64,000 bases of DNA from Craspedostauros australis (lineage: Eukaryota). Each line of letters starts with the position of its first letter. The stretch's first letter is position 1. The translations under genes were made by a program, and so were the position numbers. The stretch spans positions 1-64,000 of the forward strand of contig JALAGF010000714.1 of NCBI GenBank assembly GCA_030167865.1. Direction: 5' to 3'. Under the pieces are notes generated by a model. That model saw only the letters and a program-made list of their open reading frames with translations, did no database searches and was not told the origin of the DNA. This document shows, piece after piece, positions 57,668 through 64,000 of the stretch.

Positions 57668-60493
57668 ATGCCATCATCCTCTTCGTCAAGACGCACACAC
57701 GACACGACGAGCACAACATCAATGGGCAAACGAACACCACCCACGATCGTGACTCTTGATGTGCTCACTGACGGTTCCGAGTTTGCAGGTTCAGGCACCT
57801 TGTTCCTTTCAGTGTGGAAGGTCTCCAAAGCGCAACTTGATTTGTTGGGTCGCACCAGGCCTTCCTCTGACGATGATAGCAACAGCGAAGACGAAAGCGA
57901 TAGCGAGAGCAGTGAAGAAAGTGAAAGTGGAAGTGATGGGAGCTGTGACCATGGAAGTGAACAGAGCAGCAACGACTGCAGTGACAGAAGCAACGATAGC
58001 AACGATAGCAACAACGACGACTCCAACGCCAACATGACTCAAGGAGACCAAGCGCTGGCCAACCAACCGGCGGCACAGACGCAATCTGACGAGGACCTGC
58101 AAACCAAGATACGGCAAACGCTGTTCGAAGTGTTTGATCTTTCCCCACCGCTGGCTCGATATGCCATATCGGGCCTGGGAGATGGCACCGCTCGGTTATG
58201 CGCGGACCAGCGATTCAAACTTTCAGCAACACGCAGCATCTTCCTTCCTCATGCCAGCGGCGCGTGTTGGGACGGGTTGAGCGCCTTGCTGTTTGCATTG
58301 CACAACGCAGGCGCTCCATCGCTGCACCTCGTTTCGCCACCGATCCCTCGTGTCCGCAACGGCAACTCAAGGCCGACTGATAAGGTCGAGGCTCTGTCAT
58401 CGTCGATCCTGTCGAAGCACAAACACCTGGACATACGGACATGTGAGGTGCCGGCTTCGAATGAGAGCCAGATGAAGAGCTGGTGGCAGGTGTACGATGA
58501 TGAATTCATCCTCGTTCATGCAAGGGCAGTGACCAAGGACAGCGTTGCGTACATCTTCTCGGTGGTAGATCACACTACACCGGGAAGTAATAGCAATACG
58601 CACGCAGAAGAAGCAACAACAACGAAGACGATACCGACGACGACACCGACGACGACACCATCTTATGTCAACATCCTTACCGTACCACCAGAATGGGACG
58701 GCAACTCCCAAGAACTCGCGCAGATACTGAACGGGCCACTCCCTACTGTGGGTACAGCCACGTCGAAGTTGCGCATTGATTACGTCATCCAGTCGCGGCC
58801 AGCACAGCATGCCAATGACAGCACGCACATCCGAACCAATGAACAGAGCCATGACAGTCCAACTATCATCACTACCTCTCCTCAAAATCAATCCGTCGAC
58901 CCAGCACAATTGATCCAAAGTCAGTCGCTGCTGCGTGCATGTCACAAGGCCGTGCCGACCATGTTTCCTTCGACGACATTCGAGGATACGTCAGACGACC
59001 ATGCATCTATGAGCGCGGATGTGAGATCAGACCGCGTTGCAAGCAGGCCCCACCAGCAGTTGCTACTATCCTCCTGCACGTCGATGGTATTGAAGATGAG
59101 GAACCACGAAGAAGTGTTTGTGGACCGTGCGCAAGAGATACGGCAGCGCCGAACCAACGAACGGAAACATCTGGAGCGTTTCGCAACGTCCTTCAAGTCT
59201 TTGAACGACTTTCAGCAACGTATCGATCAAGACGGCGCAGCACAACGACGGAGTCCGACAGTGGCGATCAAAGATGACGATGAGATCGACCTTGACGATG
59301 ACGACGAGGGTCAGGACGAAGATGCTGGCACTGGCGCTGGCGAAAACGAAGCCAGCAAAAGCAACGATGAAAATACAAAGACGCCACCCGAAGCCGCACA
59401 ATACCTTGACCGGGTACTGAACGAACCGCACCTTGTCGTTCTCGGAACTGGCTGCGCTTCGCCGTCAGCGATCCGCGGCGCATCGGGGCATGCCGTCGTC
59501 TTTCCAGGACAACGAACGGCTTCAGGATCGATGCGCGACGAAGTTCTTTTGTTGGACTGCGGAGAAGCTGTGACGACGATGTTGCTGAGATATGTCAAGC
59601 ACGTCGATTGGAAGACGTGCATCAAGGGTATTTGGATTTCCCATGCGCATCTGGATCACTTCGGTGGCCTGCCAACGCTGTTGCGGGTATTGATGAATGA
59701 GTCAGCTTCGAGGCAATCTTCTGCTGATGGTGGGGCAACGGATCCACGAGATCCAGATGAGCGCAACCCGCAAAACACGAAGTGGCAGCAACCATCGAAA
59801 ATGCGACGGGTGGAAGCAGAGCCATTGTGGGTCATGGCGCCAGCCAAAGTCCTTGCCTACGTCGACGCCATGCTCCACTTGGATCGCGGATTCGACAGCA
59901 AGAAGAACAAACGATGGTTCGTGCCGCTGATGCATTTCTGTCAGCCACCGCGATCCAGATGGACTTGGTTCCAAAACGTAAAGGTCAACCACTCCTGCTG
60001 TCATCCGTACGGCCTGATCGTGGGGTGGGATGCGATCAACTCGACGGGGCAGCGTGAGTGCCGCTTCTTGTGCTTTTCGGGCGACACGCGCCCGTGCCAC
60101 CAGCTTGTCGACGCGTGCCGCAGAGCGCTGGCTTCTACTGCGTCGCGGCTGCCGCTGGCACAGTCGTCAATGTCGCCTGCAGCAACCCAGTCAACAACAC
60201 GGCATGACCTCAATCGCATGACGCTACTGCACGAGGCCACATTCAATCGCGACGACGCGGACCAGGCAATTCAGAAGAAGCACGCCACTGTGGATGAAGC
60301 CATCCGGGTGGGCTTGGACATTCCCACCACGAGGATCCTCTTGACACATTTCTCGCATCGCTACGTCTCACAGGACCCGGAGTCGCTATTTTACAACCAG
60401 GAGTTCATCCGGCAGCAACTCGCGGAACGTAATTTGGGATGCCATACTGCCGCGGTTGGTTTAGCGGTCGATGGCATGATCGTGAAGCTTTGA
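57668..60493 (+). CDS. Long-form tRNase Z (ELAC2/Trz1-like metallo-beta-lactamase)
   Basis: N-terminal GDGTARLCADQRFKLSATRSIFL pseudo-domain; LGTGCASPSAIRGAS, LLDCGE, SHAHLDHFGG, SGDTRPC, HEATF, KKHAT, LTHFSHRY. Confidence 0.9.
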   Translation: MPSSSSSRRTHDTTSTTSMGKRTPPTIVTLDVLTDGSEFAGSGTLFLSVWKVSKAQLDLLGRTRPSSDDDSNSEDESDSESSEESESGSDGSCDHGSEQSSNDCSDRSNDSNDSNNDDSNANMTQGDQALANQPAAQTQSDEDLQTKIRQTLFEVFDLSPPLARYAISGLGDGTARLCADQRFKLSATRSIFLPHASGACWDGLSALLFALHNAGAPSLHLVSPPIPRVRNGNSRPTDKVEALSSSILSKHKHLDIRTCEVPASNESQMKSWWQVYDDEFILVHARAVTKDSVAYIFSVVDHTTPGSNSNTHAEEATTTKTIPTTTPTTTPSYVNILTVPPEWDGNSQELAQILNGPLPTVGTATSKLRIDYVIQSRPAQHANDSTHIRTNEQSHDSPTIITTSPQNQSVDPAQLIQSQSLLRACHKAVPTMFPSTTFEDTSDDHASMSADVRSDRVASRPHQQLLLSSCTSMVLKMRNHEEVFVDRAQEIRQRRTNERKHLERFATSFKSLNDFQQRIDQDGAAQRRSPTVAIKDDDEIDLDDDDEGQDEDAGTGAGENEASKSNDENTKTPPEAAQYLDRVLNEPHLVVLGTGCASPSAIRGASGHAVVFPGQRTASGSMRDEVLLLDCGEAVTTMLLRYVKHVDWKTCIKGIWISHAHLDHFGGLPTLLRVLMNESASRQSSADGGATDPRDPDERNPQNTKWQQPSKMRRVEAEPLWVMAPAKVLAYVDAMLHLDRGFDSKKNKRWFVPLMHFCQPPRSRWTWFQNVKVNHSCCHPYGLIVGWDAINSTGQRECRFLCFSGDTRPCHQLVDACRRALASTASRLPLAQSSMSPAATQSTTRHDLNRMTLLHEATFNRDDADQAIQKKHATVDEAIRVGLDIPTTRILLTHFSHRYVSQDPESLFYNQEFIRQQLAERNLGCHTAAVGLAVDGMIVKL

Positions 60494-63457
60494 CGGCATT
60501 CCTCGTACTCGTAGTATGCTGGGAATGGCACAAAGATAGAATCAGCCAAGTCGGTATGTACGCATGATAAACACAACAGAGTACCTAAACACTGCTCTAA
60601 CTGCCACGAGAGTGCTGCTGCAATCATCGTCGCAACAGCAGCGACTTTGCCTACAATCGCCGTGATACATAACAGAACGACCACACTACAGGCGGAGGAA
60701 GAGGAACCAGTGAATGTGCGCGTACGAGCACCCTCGACATGCAATCATGTCTTCCGCAGTATGCAAACTTGGGATGGTACCAATACAGCGACGGCAGAAC
60801 AACGTCATCATCACCATTGCCGCCTCTCTCCCTTCCCCTTGAGCCCAGATTTTGCACGTGCACCTTTCGTCTGCGCCATCCTTCGACTTCAACATGAAAG
60901 GTGATCGAATTCACGAGTCGTGGATACGGTTTGGCGGAAGTTCTGAGTTGGTTTTGTTCTCCACGATCGTGGCTTCCTCATGCATGCGATGTCACCCTGC
61001 GTCTCAGGGTTGTGTGTGAATGTTCCCTCCCACTCAAGGGTTTTGTGTTGCTGTGGAGAATGGGAATGAGTGCCGGTCCCAGAGCCCATGGTTGAAGCGT
61101 TCCCTCCCAGTGTTCATGAAATGGCTCTCTCTGGGGAGGGTTCGCGTCAATTTCTCAAAAGTGGGAAAGGAGTGATGGCTTTCGGGTGTTTTTTGTTCCA
61201 CTGTCGCCACATGCAAGGGCTTGAAGCGAACGAATCGGGAAGCATTGCTCTCTCTCTCTCTCTGGTGGTTCTTCATGGGTGTGGATGAACGATAGATCAA
61301 CACAGGTAGAGCACGATGGTACGGCAACACTGGATGTGGACGGTATGGCATGGTGCCATGCTCGTGCACAGGCGGATGATTTCTCTGCTCTGCTCTTGGA
61401 GGCATGTACGAACGATGGTTCCTCTCTCGTTGGAGGTTTGTGGGAAAGCAGATGATGCCACGGACAAAAACAACGTCGACAATTTTGAACACCAGCAAAG
61501 TCCCAGACAGAAAGCCAGATCGTCAACTCAGCAGGCTTGTCCTTGATTGACATGGCGCGGACCAGGTATCTCAACAAGGCGCACCTGAACGTGGAGTATC
61601 ATCGCCATCTCATCAAGTGGCAACACCAACAACAGGACCACCAACAACCACCACCACCACTGCCGACAGCACCAACAGCAGAATCTGGAGGACCGAACCA
61701 ATACTCACGTGCTTGTACAAGTACCACCTGCTTGACTGAACTCCGCCGCGGACAGGCACAACCTTCTCTTCGTGGTGCATCCCTTCCCCATGACGGCGCT
61801 TGTCGTCGTTACGATCTATTTGTGCCAGCACTCGTGGATTGCGAGAGCGGGGAACGAGGATGAAGATGACTGGCAGGATACCACAAGAGGCATCAGATTG
61901 AACGCGAACTTGGAAACGCGCAAGAACGGCCAAACAAACGAACAAAACAAACGATTGACTGTGCATGACCATGATGGCAATCATACTGTTGGTGGGAATG
62001 GTTCCGTGCTTTGAAAATTTGCGTGGGATTCATAGGCAAGATTGCTGTTTGTCCAACGGCTCTTGTCAAAAAATGTGAGCAAACCCACCAGAGACATAAC
62101 GTTGGGTATCTATTTTCGTCCACCGTCTTCATAACATCACGCCAATACAGTTGCAGAACCGTTACATGTCCAGCAGGTCCGCCCAAATCTCGTCACAACA
62201 ACCCAACCATGATTCGACTCGGAGGCAGGCGGGTCACGAGGTCGTGATGGCTTCGTGGCTTCGTCGGTGTTATCGGAAGATGTCCAAGAGGCAAAGACGG
62301 AGACAGATCCGTCTTCGACGCTCTGTCATGCCAGCAAGGCCGTCGGAGGCCCCGGTGGCCACAATTGTGGTCACACGGAGAGCGGCTCCCTCCGCCGATT
62401 CATCGTGCTTCTGGCATTCGAACGTTGCTGGTGTTTCCATAAACCGCAACGACCATGGGATGCAACCCATCGTTGTCTGATCACAAATCAAGCGATCGCA
62501 TTCTCATCAAGGAGGTGCGCAAGGTGTGGCACGGTGTGGTTTGATGCGGTGTGAGAAAGTGCGATGGAAATGACAGCACATGGCATCGGTGGGCAGCCGT
62601 CTTGTGGGTCATCGTGATGGCTACCACGGCAGGTAAGTGCGGCATCCCGTACCTGCCAAAACTGGTCGAAGACAGCATGGCTGGTGATATATACAGCCCT
62701 TGCGTACCTTCGCACACACAAGCAGCCGAGCAACCAAGCTCCAAAGCGACGGCCGCCCGTCCAACGAGCTCAAAATTCGCGACACCAATGCAATCCGCTT
62801 CAGCGAGACATGGCGCAATGGCGACAGAGGCAACTCCTGCATGCCCGCACAATTGTGTTTCCAGCGACTCCTGTTGCACTCTCTACTCCGCAGTCGCAAA
62901 TGGAATGATCATTTGTCATTGAGGAATACAGAGTGCAAGAGGAGTTGCTCGATGCTCAGCTGCTCGGGCATTGGACGTTCGCTGGGCGGTTGACATCACA
63001 TCGCTCTGAACGACACCTGTGTAGAGTGGGGAGTATGATGGTACGGTTATATGGTGATATGGTGATGCTGAGGCCATGTTCCACGAAGCTGATTGGTGCT
63101 TCGCGTTTCTATTTTTACTCTGCTCTACTCTGCTGATACTCTGCGCGTTTGCGGCGTTCTACTTCGGGTTCGATTCTGATCCTGTTCCATGTGATTCCAC
63201 TGTTGTCTACCACGCGATTCCGTATTCGCTTGGTGGGCGTTTGAATGCAACTGCTCAACCCTGCCTACTTTGCATACAATACTGCACTCACAGAGACCCT
63301 CTTCCGAAGCACATCCTTTGCCGGCATTCTCTTTTTCTCAACCACCATGGCGTACTTGCGCAGCAATGAAGTATCAATTCTCGTACTCCATGCTTGTTCA
63401 TTATAGTAGTTCCTCTCTACGCGCTTACCGCTCCCGTATAGTACATCACGAACAAAT

Positions 63458-64000
63458 CTATTGCAGAGACTTTGCTCCCATCTTCTTCCACACACCTCTC
63501 TCTGCATCCGTTTCCACGAGCTTCGTCACCAACGATGTGACTTCGTCGACCTTGTCCAAAGTGAGCCCACTTGGGTCGGACAAGATGGGCAACCAATGAT
63601 GTTGAACGTGCGGTTTCCATGCCAACAGATCCTGATAGACATCCTGAGCCGTGGTGTGCGATGTCGGTGACAGCTCAACAAGGTGGCTTGGAATCGCCGC
63701 CGCCACGTCTGAGGCCGATTCCTCTTCTGCACCATCTTCTTCGTGCATCCAAATCAATTGCGACATCTCGACACCATGATCCACGATCATCACGTGTGCT
63801 TCGCGGATGAGCTCCAGTTGTTCTCGGAAGGATAGAGGATTCGCGTCCACAACTTGGACGGAGGAGAGGAAGGATCCACGATGCATCATTAGTTCACCAC
63901 GCAGCGCTTCCCATGGATCATCAGATGACTTTGCTGGATGACGCAAGATCACGACTCTGCCCAGTAGCTGTTTCGTATTCTGCAGCTTGTACCGTTGCAA
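63458..64000 (-). CDS. Partial (3' end) glycosyltransferase family 61-like protein; 5' part lies outside the window
   Basis: VVILRH...LSFREQLELIREAHVMIVDHGVEMSQLIWM...LVEL resembles the GT61 EQ...GxHGAGL region. Confidence 0.65.
   Translation of the reverse strand: MQRYKLQNTKQLLGRVVILRHPAKSSDDPWEALRGELMMHRGSFLSSVQVVDANPLSFREQLELIREAHVMIVDHGVEMSQLIWMHEEDGAEEESASDVAAAIPSHLVELSPTSHTTAQDVYQDLLAWKPHVQHHWLPILSDPSGLTLDKVDEVTSLVTKLVETDAERGVWKKMGAKSLQ

Overview
Gene-dense eukaryotic nuclear DNA with short GT-AG introns, CA/CT microsatellites and signal-peptide-plus-Phe plastid presequences; most likely a pennate diatom (inference). About 22 protein-coding genes can be supported: an ankyrin tandem-repeat protein followed by a broken BTB domain, gamma-SNAP, SYS1, a DUF4864-like protein, an organelle-targeted HDAC-family deacylase, an ADAT1/ADAR-type deaminase, a CCHC zinc-knuckle protein, a CCCH-DEDDh-RRM exonuclease, PDCD5, a plastid protein of unknown function, a second ankyrin protein, an SDR, a Sen1-like helicase, an ARM-like protein, a single-pass receptor-like protein, an ABCF ATPase, a GRAB golgin, a GT-A glycosyltransferase, a TrmO fusion, long-form tRNase Z and a partial GT61. 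No rRNA, tRNA, CRISPR or intact transposon was recognised. Most notable: (1) a convergent pair of microprotein genes at 41.9-43.7 kb that are almost all mitochondrial-type presequence plus an acidic DDDG[G/T]-stop tail, each with a candidate intron inside the last codon that leaves the peptide unchanged; (2) a membrane-anchored TrmO domain fused to 12 DVGGFKVAKK repeats; (3) a Sen1-like helicase whose Walker A sits on a 19-nt micro-exon and which carries an inserted WW domain; (4) a receptor-like protein with five cytoplasmic GDW-type repeats; (5) a DARPin-like ankyrin array whose BTB tail is pseudogenised. All family calls come from motif recognition by eye, with no database search.
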